A stretch of DNA of 63,240 nucleotides, filler included, from Octopus bimaculoides (taxonomy: Eukaryota): NCBI RefSeq assembly GCF_001194135.2. It is 4 parts of 4 records of this genome, joined end to end, with 100 filler letters (N's around TTAATTAATTAA, not from the genome) between each part and the next. Parts side by side here need not be neighbours in the genome. Positions count along the whole stretch, not along the records: positions 44,717 to 60,252 come from NC_068988.1; positions 60,353 to 63,240 come from NC_068985.1; 2 more parts are not named here. One strand, written 5' to 3'. Below, piece by piece: positions 48,801 through 61,840 of this stretch (positions are counted from its first letter, which is position 1; each line of letters begins with the position of its first letter). A model generated the notes under the pieces. That model had not been told where the DNA came from. It ran no database searches and was given only the letters and a program-made list of their open reading frames with translations. The position numbers and the translations under genes are program-made.

Positions 48801-49955
48801 TATATANNNNNNNNNNNNNNNNNNNNNNNNNNNNNNNNNNNNNNNNNNNNNNNNNNNNNNNNNNNNNNNNNNNNNNNNNNNNNNNNNNNNNNNNNNNNNN
48901 NNNNNNNNNNNNNNNNNNNNNNNNNNNNNNNNNNNNNNNNNNNNNNNNNNNNNNNNNNNNNNNNNNNNNNNNNNNNNNNNNNNNNNNNNNNNNNNNNNNN
49001 NNNNNNNNNNNNNNNNNNNNNNNNNNNNNNNNNNNNNNNNNNNNNNNNNNNNNNNNNNNNNNNNNNNNNNNNNNNNNNNNNNNNNNNNNNNNNNNNNNNN
49101 NNNNNNNNNNNNNNNNNNNNNNNNNNNNNNNNNNNNNNNNNNNNNNNNNNNNNNNNNNNNNNNNNNNNNNNNNNNNNNNNNNNNNNNNNNNNNNNNNNNN
49201 NNNNNNNNNNNNNNNNNNNNNNNNNNNNNNNNNNNNNNNNNNNNNNNNNNNNNNNNNNNNNNNNNNNNNNNNNNNNNNNNNNNNNNNNNNNNNNNNNNNN
49301 NNNNNNNNNNNNNNNNNNNNNNNNNNNNNNNNNNNNNNNNNNNNNNNNNNNNNNNNNNNNNNNNNNNNNNNNNNNNNNNNNNNNNNNNNNNNNNNNNNNN
49401 NNNNNNNNNNNNNNNNNNNNNNNNNNNNNNNNNNNNNNNNNNNNNNNNNNNNNNNNNNNNNNNNNNNNNNNNNNNNNNNNNNNNNNNNNNNNNNNNNNNN
49501 NNNNNNNNNNNNNNNNNNNNNNNNNNNNNNNNNNNNNNNNNNNNNNNNNNNNNNNNNNNNNNNNNNNNNNNNNNNNNNNNNNNNNNNNNNNNNNNNNNNN
49601 NNNNNNNNNNNNNNNNNNNNNNNNNNNNNNNNNNNNNNNNNNNNNNNNNNNNNNNNNNNNNNNNNNNNNNNNNNNNNNNNNNNNNNNNNNNNNNNNNNNN
49701 NNNNNNNNNNNNNNNNNNNNNNNNNNNNNNNNNNNNNNNNNNNNNNNNNNNNNNNNNNNNNNNNNNNNNNNNNNNNNNNNNNNNNNNNNNNNNNTATCAT
49801 AAGATAAATATAATATAATATAATATTATATTTATCTTATGATATTTACTTTACTTTATATTATACTCATTTATTGTGCTTTTAATTATTAATTTTTCTA
49901 TATGGGATAGTGGATTTTCATTGATGAGTTCTTGAAAATTGGTTATTTTCCCTAA

Positions 49956-50013
<58 letters not shown>

Positions 50014-50392
50014 GAATACATAAATATATAGATACATATTTGTATGTATTTGGGAACTGTCACAACATTGTGTATATCTTCTATAATGTTGCTACATTTC
50101 TATGATGCGTATTTTAGTGATAATACTGGTTCTGATTTTCTTTTTACTGTTTTTTCACTTGTTACAGCAATTGCTCCACTTGTATTAAACTTTTCCACAA
50201 TTTCTTCCAAACCGTTTTCCAGTTTGAATTGATTAAATACATCAATGTTCTTTTGCAGATAAATCAACTGTCCTGATATATCTGGAAGTTTATTATTAAT
50301 CATGAAAATATTTAGCAAAGTATTAAAAAAAGTATTTTTAATCTATGCGATATGGACCCTTGGGAGATCCATGTAAGATTTTGTTGTTAAAA

Positions 50393-50546
50393 TTTATAAG
50401 CAATAAATTGCTTATACATCTTCAATACGCAAAATATTTTAACAATTTTTTTTATACAATTCTTAATGATATTTTGGAACTGTATTAAAAAAATTGTTAA
50501 AACATGTTGTGTATTGAAGATGTATAACCAATTTATTGCTCATAAA
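50393..50546. repeat. 70-bp-arm inverted repeat with a 14-nt loop in a MITE remnant
   Basis: 50393-50462 against the reverse complement of 50477-50546 is roughly 88% identical by eye. Confidence 0.85.
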
Positions 50547-50850
50547 GCACATGACTCAGTGGTTAGAGCAGCAGGCTAACAATCATGAAGTAGTGAGTTT
50601 GATTCCCAGACCAAGCTGTGTGTTGTGTTCTTGAGCAAGACACTTTGTTTCACATTGCTCCAGTTCACTCAGCTGTATATACGAGTTGCAACATCACTGG
50701 TACCAAGTTGTATCATCTTTTGTCTTTTCCTTGGATAACATCAGCGGCATTGAGAGAGGAGACATGTATGCATGAGTGACTGCTGGTCTTCCAGGAGAAC
50801 TTTCTAGGTGCAAACCTATGGTCATTCATGACTGAAGGGGGTCTTTATAA
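50547..50850 (+). mobile_element. tRNA-derived SINE family D
   Basis: gcacatgactcagtggttagagc..gagtttgattccc..gttcttgagcaagacacttt. Related copy at 55957-56190. Confidence 0.82.
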
Positions 50851-51450
50851 TATTTAATTATAAAAATATAATAGGATTTTTTTATTTCTCAAGATGGGGG
50901 TTCATTAGAGTAAAACAGGATTCAAAGGGATTCATAAGAAAAAAAAAATGATTGAGAGTCACCGGTTTAGCACTTGGAGCTACCTCACAATTGAAGAAAT
51001 GAAATAAAAGTAGAAATAAAGTCAAATCAAAAACCAAAATGGAGACAGCAAAGTGGTGTTTCAATATATGCAAAATATAAAAGAAAAAAATGCAACTAAA
51101 ACCATGAAAGCGTCTTGTAAAGTGATGGACAACTATACATATACACATCTATGCAAACACTTTTGTTTATATATGCACACATAAACACATATTGCTATAT
51201 GTTTGTGTTTAAATATTTATACACAAGCATTCACACATGCAAACACACACACACACATGTGCGTACACAAATGAACTTTATTTTTTAATCAGTGAAATCT
51301 GGTGTTTTGAGAGATTGCTGTAGAAATTGGAGCTAGTGGCAAATCTCCAAAGTTATTTTATAAACAAGACCTTAAGAAAACAGTTTCTCATTCTCTGACT
51401 AAATTTGGCCTATGGAAACAAATGTTACATCCTGTTTAAAACAGTTATTC

Positions 51451-51491
<41 letters not shown>

Positions 51492-52004
51492 CTTTCATTC
51501 TTCAATTTTATCCTTTCTTTCAGTTATTTTTCGTGTGTGTGTGCTTTCTCTTTTCATATATTTTGTTTCTTCTTCATTATAATTCTTTCCATTCTCTCAT
51601 CTCTTTCATACTTCATTTTATTCATCCTTAATTTTTTACATCTTCATTGTTTTCTTTCAATACATTTTGTTTTCCCATTCTTTGCCCTTTATGTTGTTTT
51701 TTGGGGCGGAAGGTTTAAAATTTTGTCTGTTTCATTCTTTTTTTTTTTCCATTCTTTTTCTTCATCATACAAACTTAAGAAATCTTCTCCACTACAACCC
51801 TATTATTACTTGTCTGTTTCATCGCTCCATCCATTGCTATACTTTTTTTCTTCTCACCTTCAACTTTCCCTATGAATCCTAACCCTCCCCGACATCTTTT
51901 ACTGTTGGATAATTCTCTGGAAAGACTGCTGTTGCTCGATTGTCTGACAATGTATTTACATCTACGTATATCTGCCATAGATTATATCTTTTATCTTTTA
52001 CTTA

Positions 52005-52223
52005 CTTCAGTTATTTGATTGCAACCATGCTGGGGCACCAGCTTTAAAGAGCTTAGTCAAACAAATTGCTCCCAGCACGTTATTTTCAAACCTGATGCTT
52101 ATTACATCAATCTCTTTTGCCGAACCACTAAGTTATGAGGACATAAACATAAACAAACCAACACCAGTTGTCAAGCAGTGGTGGTGGACAAACACAGACA
52201 CACACATACATATACACTTAGAC

Positions 52224-52260
<37 letters not shown>
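52005..52260 (-). mobile_element. SINE family A, 3' half
   Basis: Family body motifs in reverse complement. Confidence 0.7.
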
Positions 52261-52266
<6 letters not shown>

Positions 52267-52378
52267 GTATGTATATACATGTCAATGAATAAGTTATATA
52301 ATCACTTTCTTAAGCTTACCTCTGTTTCGGCTATAAGAAACAGTGTACTCAGAGCTGAGTGCGTGTGCAACATCTTAT

Positions 52379-52491
<113 letters not shown>

Positions 52492-53249
52492 TTATCCATC
52501 TCTCTCTCAGTCCTTGATTGGCACTTACTTAAACGACACTTGAAGAACATAAAGCAAAATTCAGTCTTGGCAGGATTTGAACTCTGAACGTAATGAAACA
52601 TAACTGAATACTACAAAGTGTTTTGTCTGACACTCAAGGGAGCTAACACAGGTTACATAACAACTATAACTACAACAGGTAATAACAAACTCTCACCTTT
52701 ATCATTGAACCTTGTGAATAACAGCAATCATAAAGATGTAGCTAATTAACTTGAGGTGCTGTTTTGTTCTCCATTGTTTTTAACAGCAAGTATAGAATAA
52801 TGGTGGTGATGATGGTGATGAATGAATGATGATGATGGTTGTAATGGTGCTAATGGTGATGACACTACTGATGTGATAGTGTTGGTGATGATGTTGATTG
52901 TGAACTATTTATCCATACCAGAGTTATAGTGGTCCACAGCAAATCTTATGTCTTACTGTGTTATTTGTTGGTCTGTGAAGTTTTCCTTGTGAATATTTTG
53001 GACCATCTCCTAAAAATGGTTATGTAACACTGCTCTCTAGTGCAGGCACATTACTGTACTCAAGACAATGCATCCACCACAACAGAACAGAATTGGTATC
53101 CTAAAACCACCAAGGTGTTGTGCAATGGGACTGAACCCAAAATCACATGGTCAAGAAATGAATATTCTAACTATATGCACATGCCTTTGCTATTTTCCTT
53201 ATCTCAGTCACTCGACTGTGATAAGGTCACTGCACTATGAATGGCATTG

Positions 53250-53475
53250 GTGATGGCACCACATAAAATGCACTGGTGTTGGTGCCATGTAAAAAGCACC
53301 CTGTACACTCTGAAAAGTGTAGGAAGGGCATCCAGCTGTAGAAACCAAACCAAAACGGACTATGGAACCTGGTGTAACTTTTGGTCCTGCCAGCTCCTGT
53401 CAGACTATTTTCAACCCATGTCACCATGGAAAACAAATATTACATGATGACGATGAGGATGATGATGATGATGAT
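53250..53475 (+). mobile_element. RTE-type 3' tail with (GAT)n
   Basis: ggaagggcatccagctgtagaaacc..(gat)n. Confidence 0.72.
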
Positions 53476-54576
53476 GAGTTTTAAGTTCAAAGCCTCTTGT
53501 AAGCCAAATAAAATACTTCTTTTCTTAAGCCCTTTGTGCCCTATGGAGCATAGGCCATTGACAACTTTCCTGCACTGCTCTCAACAATGGGCTTTTTGCT
53601 TTTTGAATTGTCATTGATGCTTACATATGTTCTAGAGAGGAGTGTTGACCTCTGGGAAGTAGCGGTCCATATTAGTCTGACCTCTATCTGTTGACCTGTC
53701 CAGCATAGAAGATCCTACCAGAATTTTGTGTTCCACTAGCATAGCTCTCAGGGTCATTGAGACACAAAAGCCACCACATCACAACAAAGATTGGAAATTT
53801 GTGCAGGAAGAATAAAATATATTTTGCTCAAATTATGTACACTTAATTCTATGAATTAGTTTACTTAACAGGTGGAATAAGAGACAACCTATTGGAAATG
53901 TGGTTATTTGGCTTTAGATTATCCCTGATCCAGCCATAACTATCCTGTCATTTTTATGGGCACATCTAGACCTATATTATCTAGTGTGTTCTTTCTTTGC
54001 TTTAGACAATAGTACATGATTTGAGAAAGATTTGGCTGTTGTTTCTAGCAGGTTCAATGATCACATGGAGGTTCCTGCATTGACTCATTAAATGTTGCAG
54101 GCTCCTTTAGGAAACAAACCATCTGGAATTAATATCGGAGGTGCACTAGCCACTTTTCCATGCAAATACTTACCTTTGATTAAATGTAAAACTATGAAAC
54201 TGTATCTAAGCCTCCCTTTGCAACTCCTGAGGTTATTTACCTTATGTTACACTCACTGCAACTCGAAAGTAATTTACAAACCACCCCAAACACCCACCCA
54301 AACACAGGCACTACTAGACAGGAAGCGAAAGGTAAAAAAAATTCTATGTAGGCTAATCTATACAAGATATGATTATTCCTAAAAATCTTCTGAGAAACAT
54401 CTGGCCACTTTTGGTAAAAGTCTTGCTTACCAACTTAGTAGCGTGCATCTCACTAAGTTTGGCCAAACACAAACAAACCTCTCAGTTAGTTAGTCAGTAA
54501 TGTTAAAAGATTGTATATGCAGGAGTCAGGTGGGGGGGGGGCAGTTAATTTCATTTTGTAGCAACACAACAATTAC

Positions 54577-54645
<69 letters not shown>

Positions 54646-55162
54646 GATAATAACAACAATAATAATAGTAATAATAATATGCAAAATGATATTAGGTAAG
54701 AGGAGGAGGTGCTAACAGGGAATTATAATCTAAATATTTAGCTGAAGATAGCAAAAGCTGCCATTTTAATGTGTTTAGTGAGCAGAAGGAAAATGTAAAC
54801 ATATATATTTTTGCCTTCTGAATCATTAACCCTTCCAAATGTGCAGGACTATAGTGACCTAAATATTATGCAGTTATGCAGTTGCGTCAGAAAAATGAGT
54901 CAGTAACCACTTCAGGAATTCTGGGACAGTCACGTGACAGAAGAAAAGGGATTGTTTGTGACTGAATGATGAACATTCTGAGAATTGATGATGTTGACCA
55001 AATCAGATGAAGTACTTAGATGTTTTAACTTACTCATCAATGGTTCCTATTTCATTAATGATATTGTGTTGTGTCGAAAGACAAGAGGTTAATAGTCCAC
55101 ATTAGCGACGATAAACCAAGACCATAATTTTTGAGTTCAAACCTAGTATAAGCAGAATAAAA

Positions 55163-55201
<39 letters not shown>

Positions 55202-55211
55202 NNNNNNNNNN

Positions 55212-55242
<31 letters not shown>

Positions 55243-55644
55243 CTTATTTAAAATATAAATTATGCACTTTGACTGTACACTTAAGACCACACACACATTT
55301 TCAACCTAACACTTGAAAGTAAGCACCAGCCTGTTTTAAATGATGGTGTTGCTGTTGTTGTTGTTGATGTTGTTGTTGTGGTTGTTGTTGTTGTTGTTGT
55401 TTAAGCCCCAGGTCAATTCTGATAGAGCAGTGGCATAGCAAGAGTGTGTTGTGTCTCCCACTGCAGCTCCTGAGTTTCCTTCCTCTCTATACAGTCTTAT
55501 ACAACAGACCTAAAAGTGCCAGCGTCATAAAAGTGTTGCCCAGAGCAGACCCTACACTCTACTCCAATCCTCTCATCCTGGCTATGCTACTGGTCAAACA
55601 GATCTATAATCTAAGTCCTTTAAGTTGCAACCATCCTGACCTTT

Positions 55645-55897
55645 TATGACTGGCTCCTGTGCAGGTGGCACGTAAAATACACCATTTGAACGTGGCCATT
55701 GCCAGTACCACCTGACTGGCCCTCTTGCCGGTGGCACATAAAAGCACCCACTACACTCTCGGAGTGGTTGGCGTTAGGAAGGGCATCCAGCTGTAGAAAC
55801 TCAGCCAGATCAGATTGGAGCCTGGTGCAGCCATCTGGTTCGCCAGTCCTCAGTTAAATCATCCAACCCATGCTAGCTTGGAAAGCAGACGATAAAC

Positions 55898-55930
<33 letters not shown>

Positions 55931-56190
55931 ATATATGTCCTTTCTTTTAGATAGTGTGGAGGCATGTGGCTTAGTGGTTAGAATGTTGGACTCATGTTTG
56001 TAAGGTTGTGATTTCAATTTCTGGATCAGGTCAAGCATTGTGTTCTTGAGCAAAACACTTCATTTCACATTGCTCCAGTCCACTCAGCTGGCAAAATATG
56101 AGTAATCCTGTGATGGACTGGCGTCTCATCCAGGTGAGGAATATATATGCCAGGAAACTTGGAAACTGGCTCTAATGGGTCTTCTCTATG
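55645..56190 (+). mobile_element. RTE-type 3' tail (55645-55930) followed by SINE family D (55957-56190)
   Basis: Conserved UTR plus (GAT)n, then the head ggcatgtggcttagtggttagaat. Confidence 0.78.
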
Positions 56191-56687
56191 ACTCGAGAAG
56201 ATAACTTAACAGTTTTTCTTTTAGTTGTTAGTGTGCATGTGCGATTTGAGGGAAATTTGGCTGCTACTTCTAGCATGTTGAATGACTACATAGAGTTTGC
56301 CACATTGACTCATAAAACTCTTTATGCTCTTCCAGAAATGGATATATCTGTAATGGATATTTGAGGTGGATTGGCCACATTTCTGTGTAAATATTTGCCT
56401 TTTTTTTTAGCTTAATGCTATAAAACTGTACCTATGCACCTTTCCTTGCATACCCCCAGAGGGTATTTACCTTACATTATACTCACTGCAGTAATTAAGA
56501 TAATTTACAATCCATCCCACTCACTCAAACAATCACAGAATGATTAACTTCATAGATGTAAGCAATAGTAATGCTGTAAGACTCCAACAAACCTGTTAAC
56601 TTGCAGTATCGTGTTCAATTCCTGTTGTGGATATATTGAAATATTTGAATTTAAGAATGATTTCAGCTAAGCTGACTTGCTCTACAA

Positions 56688-56850
56688 CAATGGTTCTCAA
56701 CCAATTTTTTGCATAAGGACCCTTTTGGCCCCTATCTTACTCTACTGGACCCTAAATAAACATTCAATGTTTCAAAAAGTTTCATATTTTTATACTTAAA
56801 TATTACTAGGAATTGTATAAAAAATCGTTAGAATATTTTTGTGACACATT
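56688..56850 (+). mobile_element. hAT-like MITE fragment
   Basis: Begins caatggttctcaacc, a hAT/Charlie-like terminus. Its interior overlaps the sequence type at 50340-50475. Confidence 0.5.
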
Positions 56851-56929
56851 GCTGTGCTGTGGCACATTGTTGTACTCAAGAAGACCCACCCATCACAACA
56901 GAATTAAAATCCTAAAACCAAGGTTCCAC

Positions 56930-57140
56930 ATTAAAAGCACTGGTGATAGTGTCATGTAAAAAGCACCCAGTACACTCTGTACAATGGTTTAACATGAGGG
57001 ATGGCATCCAGCTATAGAAACCAAACCAAAACAGACTATGGAAGCTGGTGTGGCCCTTGGCCCTTCCAGTTCCTTTCAAGTCATCCAACCTATGCCAGCA
57101 TAGAAAACAGATGTTAAATGTTGATGGTGATGATGATGAT
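56930..57140 (+). mobile_element. RTE-type 3' tail with (GAT)n
   Basis: ggcatccagctatagaaacc..ccaacctatgccagcat..(gat)n. Confidence 0.7.
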
Positions 57141-58029
57141 TTTGTGTACTGTAGAAGTAAACCAATTTATTGCACATAAATTTTAGGTGGGAGGAAGAGG
57201 AGGAGGCATTACTGCACAAACTTATAGGTGTGTATACACATACACATACATATGCATACACACACACACATGCATACATACACCCATTTGTATACACACT
57301 CTTGTGAGCATACACTTATGTGCGTAGGTTAACATATTTTCAATTGGGTTGAAATAAGAAAATATTTATAAAAGAAAAAACCTTGGTCCTATTCTGTATG
57401 AACTGGAGTGTTAATTTTACCTGACTGTCTTGGGTGGGAAGATTAAATATGCCTCTAAATAAATGTTACAGTCTTCATATCACCTCTCAATATTTACTTG
57501 TATCATTATATCTCGTATAAATAAAGAAATGAATTGAGGAGTGACAATAAGGACAATAATAATTACAACTACTATAACAGGTTGAGCAACCTCAGTCTTT
57601 ACGTTGTTGCTGAATATGCTAAAAATAGCTGTCAAATCTCCCTTCATTTATGCCTTACCATCTTAAAACAAAAGTAGGTATGTACACATTGGATAGTGTA
57701 AACAGTCCGAAATGCACTATGCCTTACCTAATAAAAGCACAGACAGGTGGTCACAGCTGTAGTGCTTTTAAGCATAGATCTGTTTTATCAGGTCTGATCT
57801 GGTACTTAACAAGATTAACAACAACAACAATAATAATAATAATAATAACAATGATTTCAAAATAAACACAAAACCACAGGATTTTTTAATAGGAATGTAA
57901 TATAGTAATTTATATTGACTGCAGTACTTGGCTGATATTTTAGTTTATCATCTCCAGAATGATAAAGATAAGGTTGAGCTTGACAGGATTTTGACATAAA
58001 GGGCCATATCTTTTATGTGTTTTGGTCAC

Positions 58030-58890
58030 TAGACTGCAAACATTCTGGGGCACTATCTTGAAAAGTTTTAGTTGAACAAATCGTCCCCAGTATATATTTA
58101 TGTTTTTTTTCTTTTGAGCCTGATACTTATTTTATCAGTCTCTTTTGACAAACTGCTGTGTTACAGAGATGTAAACACACCACTACCGGTTGTCAAGTGG
58201 TTGTGAGGGACAAACACAGACACAAAGACATACACTTGCACACACATATATGACAAGCTTCTTTCAGTTTCCATCAACCAAATTTACTTACAAGGCTTTG
58301 GCCAGCTCAAGGCATAGTAGAAGATACTTGCCCAAAGTGCCATGCAGTGGGACTGAACCCAGGACCATGTGGCTGGGAAGCAATTACCAATTCACAATTG
58401 GCATAAAGAACTTTTTTTTTACCTGAAATCTATGGACATTACATACACATGTGAGGTGACAACCATTCAAACAAGTCATCTTTTACTAATAATAGAGCAA
58501 TGACTTGTTTCAGTCATTGGACTGTGGCCATGCTGGAGCACTGCTATGAAGGGTTTTACTCAAACATCTCACCAACAGTACTTATTTTCTTTTTAACTGG
58601 TACTTATTCTATCATTTTCTTTTGCCAAACTGCTAAGTTACAGGGAAATTAATCAAACCAACACCAATTGTCAAGTAGCAAGGAGACAACAAACACCAAC
58701 ACCAACACCAACACACACACACATGACAGGCTTCTGCACAGTTTTCATCTACCAAATTCACTCACAAGGCATTGGTCAGCCCAGAGCTACAGTAGGAGAT
58801 ACTTGCTCAAGGTACTGCACAGTGAGACTGAACCTGAACCGAAAGCTCATGGTTGCAAAATAGGCTTCTTGACCACACAGCCATACCTGC
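58030..58890 (-). mobile_element. Two tandem degenerate SINE family A copies (58030-58385, 58500-58890)
   Basis: Body and tRNA-like heads in reverse complement. Confidence 0.8.
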
Positions 58891-59244
58891 ACCTCTGCAA
58901 GTTTTTAGAGATAACATTTTATTATTTTATTAGACCACTGTGAATTCCTTTATTAAGTTTAATAGTCCCACCAGTCATCTTTGTACAACAGTTTCAGGAG
59001 ATTTTGGAAGCTAAAATCTTTTATAACAAGACATTTGTATATTCTTCCACCTTTTCTTCTTTGATTCGTTTTCTGTTTTTAATATAACCTATCATCTGTA
59101 GAGGCTTGCAGAAGGCCAAGTTAATGAGACGTGGGACTCACCAACAGAGAACAATATCTGTGACCAAGATACTGAAATCTTACTGGCCCAATTAATCCAG
59201 TTACAAACGATTACCATTTTACAGCAGTAGTAATAAAAGTATGT

Positions 59245-59626
59245 GGACGTGCAATGGCCCAGTGGTTACGGCAGCAGACTCGCGGTCATAGGATCGCGGT
59301 TTCAATTCCCAGACCGGGTGTTGTGAGTGTTTATTGAGCAAAAACACCTAGAGCTCCACGAGGCTTCGGTAGGGGATGGTGGCGAACCCTGCCGTACTCT
59401 TCCACCACAACTTTCTCTCACTCTTACTTCCTGTTTCAGTTGTGCCTGTAATTCAAAGGGTCAGCCTTGTCACACTGTGTCATGCTGAATATCCCCAAAA
59501 ACTACGTTAAGGGTACACGTGTCTGTGGATTGCTCAGCCACTTGCACATTAATTTCACGAGCAGGCTATTCAGTTGATCGGATCAACTGGAACCCTCAAC
59601 GTCATAAGCGACGAATTCCAACAACA
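59245..59626 (+). mobile_element. tRNA-derived SINE family C, full length
   Basis: A-box tggcccagtgg, B-box ggtttcaattccc, family body, (CAA)n tail. Confidence 0.9.
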
Positions 59627-59964
59627 ATAAAAGTATTATATAATTAATAAGTGACTCATTAGTCAGTGGTGCTGAGTTCAAACCCTCTTATGGTCTAGTA
59701 CGTTGTTCTTTGACATTTCTTTAGATGTATCATCTGCAGAGTCACCTGCAAGGAAATACAACTTGATAGTGTGTCTAAAAATATCTCCCCACATAATTGT
59801 TTTTACAACTTTAAAAGAATTTGCATTAACCAGTTGCCTTAGCGTTGCTTGCACAAAACAAGTTCTGAAAAGGTTAAAACTTGATATGCAACCGACCTCC
59901 TGTATCTTTATCAATATAATTATAAATACAAATACATACACACATACATACATACATAATACAT

Positions 59965-60012
<48 letters not shown>

Positions 60013-60058
60013 TAAATACAAATATGTACATATGTGTATATATATGTATGTAGGTGTA

Positions 60059-60092
<34 letters not shown>

Positions 60093-60182
60093 AATATATA
60101 TACATGTATACAAATGTATATATGCATATATATTCATATAATGTATACACAAATACAAATGTATATACATGTGTATAAATAC

Positions 60183-60252
<70 letters not shown>

Positions 60253-60296
60253 NNNNNNNNNNNNNNNNNNNNNNNNNNNNNNNNNNNNNNNNNNNN

Positions 60297-60308
60297 TTAA
60301 TTAATTAA
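60297..60308. other. Artificial assembly linker TTAATTAATTAA
   Basis: 44 N + linker + 44 N. Confidence 0.95.
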
Positions 60309-60925
60309 NNNNNNNNNNNNNNNNNNNNNNNNNNNNNNNNNNNNNNNNNNNNATATATATGTGTGTGTATGTATATAAGTATGTATATATGTATGTATGT
60401 ACATATGTATGTACGTATGAATGCATATACGTATGTACTAATAACTTTTTATCGGCGAAAGTTACCAAGTGACACAAGGACCTGTTTCATGCATATATTA
60501 GTGTGTGTGTGTGTGTACATACATATACATACATATGTGTGGTGGGGTAGCAAATGTACAAGAAAGAGAATACGCATCCACCAACAGATAAGCACGCTTA
60601 TCAGAACAAACGTCCGCCTTTCGTTATCCATTATTAATTATTTTTATAACTTTATTTCAACATATTGAATATTTCTTCGCTTAATTGCACGCACACACGT
60701 GTCTTTCCTCTAATTCGTTATATATGTGTGCGCATGCATATATACATATATTAACGTATGTATACATGCATGTAATTATACATGAATGTATGTATGTATG
60801 TATGGCATTATTCAGTTTCATTTCAAGATTTCATTTCAATAGAGAAAGGTTTGGTTTCTAATCCAGATCCAAGGTTCCTTCATTGGAATTTCAACAACGG
60901 GGGTTTTTGTTTGTATATATGTATG

Positions 60926-60971
<46 letters not shown>

Positions 60972-61084
60972 TGTACGTATATGTATGTATATATGTATAT
61001 GTGCAGATTCATATGTTTTGTTTAATGTATGCATTCTCATGCATATAGATGCATATCTAGATATGCCCATATATATTGAAATGA

Positions 61085-61200
61085 TAAACTCGAAAGTTTT
61101 ACAGATTTTTACAGTTCCAGCGATGGATTGGATCTGTAGTCTTTGAAGTAACTTTCTCCGTTCTGGTTTTGAGACGCCTAATTGCTTAATATTAGGGTTC
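61085..61200 (-). mobile_element. Possible C-terminal fragment of a restriction-like-endonuclease non-LTR retrotransposon (R4/Dong/NeSL-like)
   Basis: IKQLGVSKPERRKLLQRLQIQSIAGTVKICKTF resembles the terminal QxxxxxGTxxIxxxF helix of such elements (from memory). Confidence 0.4.
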
Positions 61201-61581
61201 AGGAAAGAAATAAAAGAGTAAAACAGTCCNNNNNNNNNNNTGTGTCCTGTTTGCCAAACAGGACACAGTCGTGTGTCGATAAGCCAGCTGGAGGAGATGT
61301 CCTCCTGGGGCTAAAAGCAACAGTAACATCCACCCCTAGGGGTCAGCCACACTTAAGTGGCAATATACTACACTTTATCGTGCAGTTACTGTTAATACTT
61401 CATTTAGAGAATTAACATTGCTTATATATATATACATAAAGGTTATGAAGGGTAATTGAGTCAATCAGACCCTAAACATACAGATAATACCGAGTAAGTA
61501 CTATATACCGACTAGTTTTGCCCCAGATGTGGTTGTGACATATGAATGGGGAATATAACATGGGTCGTGTATTAGCGTGTG

Positions 61582-61697
61582 TATATATAAAAAGAATGAG
61601 ATCAAGAGACCAATGGCATAAGTAAATTTATATTTTATGTAGAATGTCTACATAAAATATAAATTTACTTATACCATTGGTCTCCTTATCTCATTCT

Positions 61698-61706
<9 letters not shown>
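61582..61706. repeat. Near-perfect palindrome, core 38-bp arms and 3-nt loop, extending into (TA)n
   Basis: 61606-61643 against the reverse complement of 61647-61684 has 1 mismatch. The outer aagaatgagat/atctcattctt pair extends it. Confidence 0.92.
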
Positions 61707-61730
<24 letters not shown>

Positions 61731-61794
61731 ATATACATACACATATATATATGTATGTGTATATATATACATATGTATATATATATATGTGTGT

Positions 61795-61840
<46 letters not shown>

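Noticed and set aside
59142-59171. Minus-strand 30-nt segment with ag/gtgagt splice-like ends
   Set aside because: Poor pyrimidine tract, no recognisable peptide, and no match to MAK16.
59245-59320. tRNA-like sequences with A and B boxes (also 13.8-14.2, 24.8, 43.9, 46.1, 48.6, 50.5 and 56.0 kb)
   Set aside because: They are SINE heads continuing into family bodies, with no intact cloverleaf or acceptor stem.
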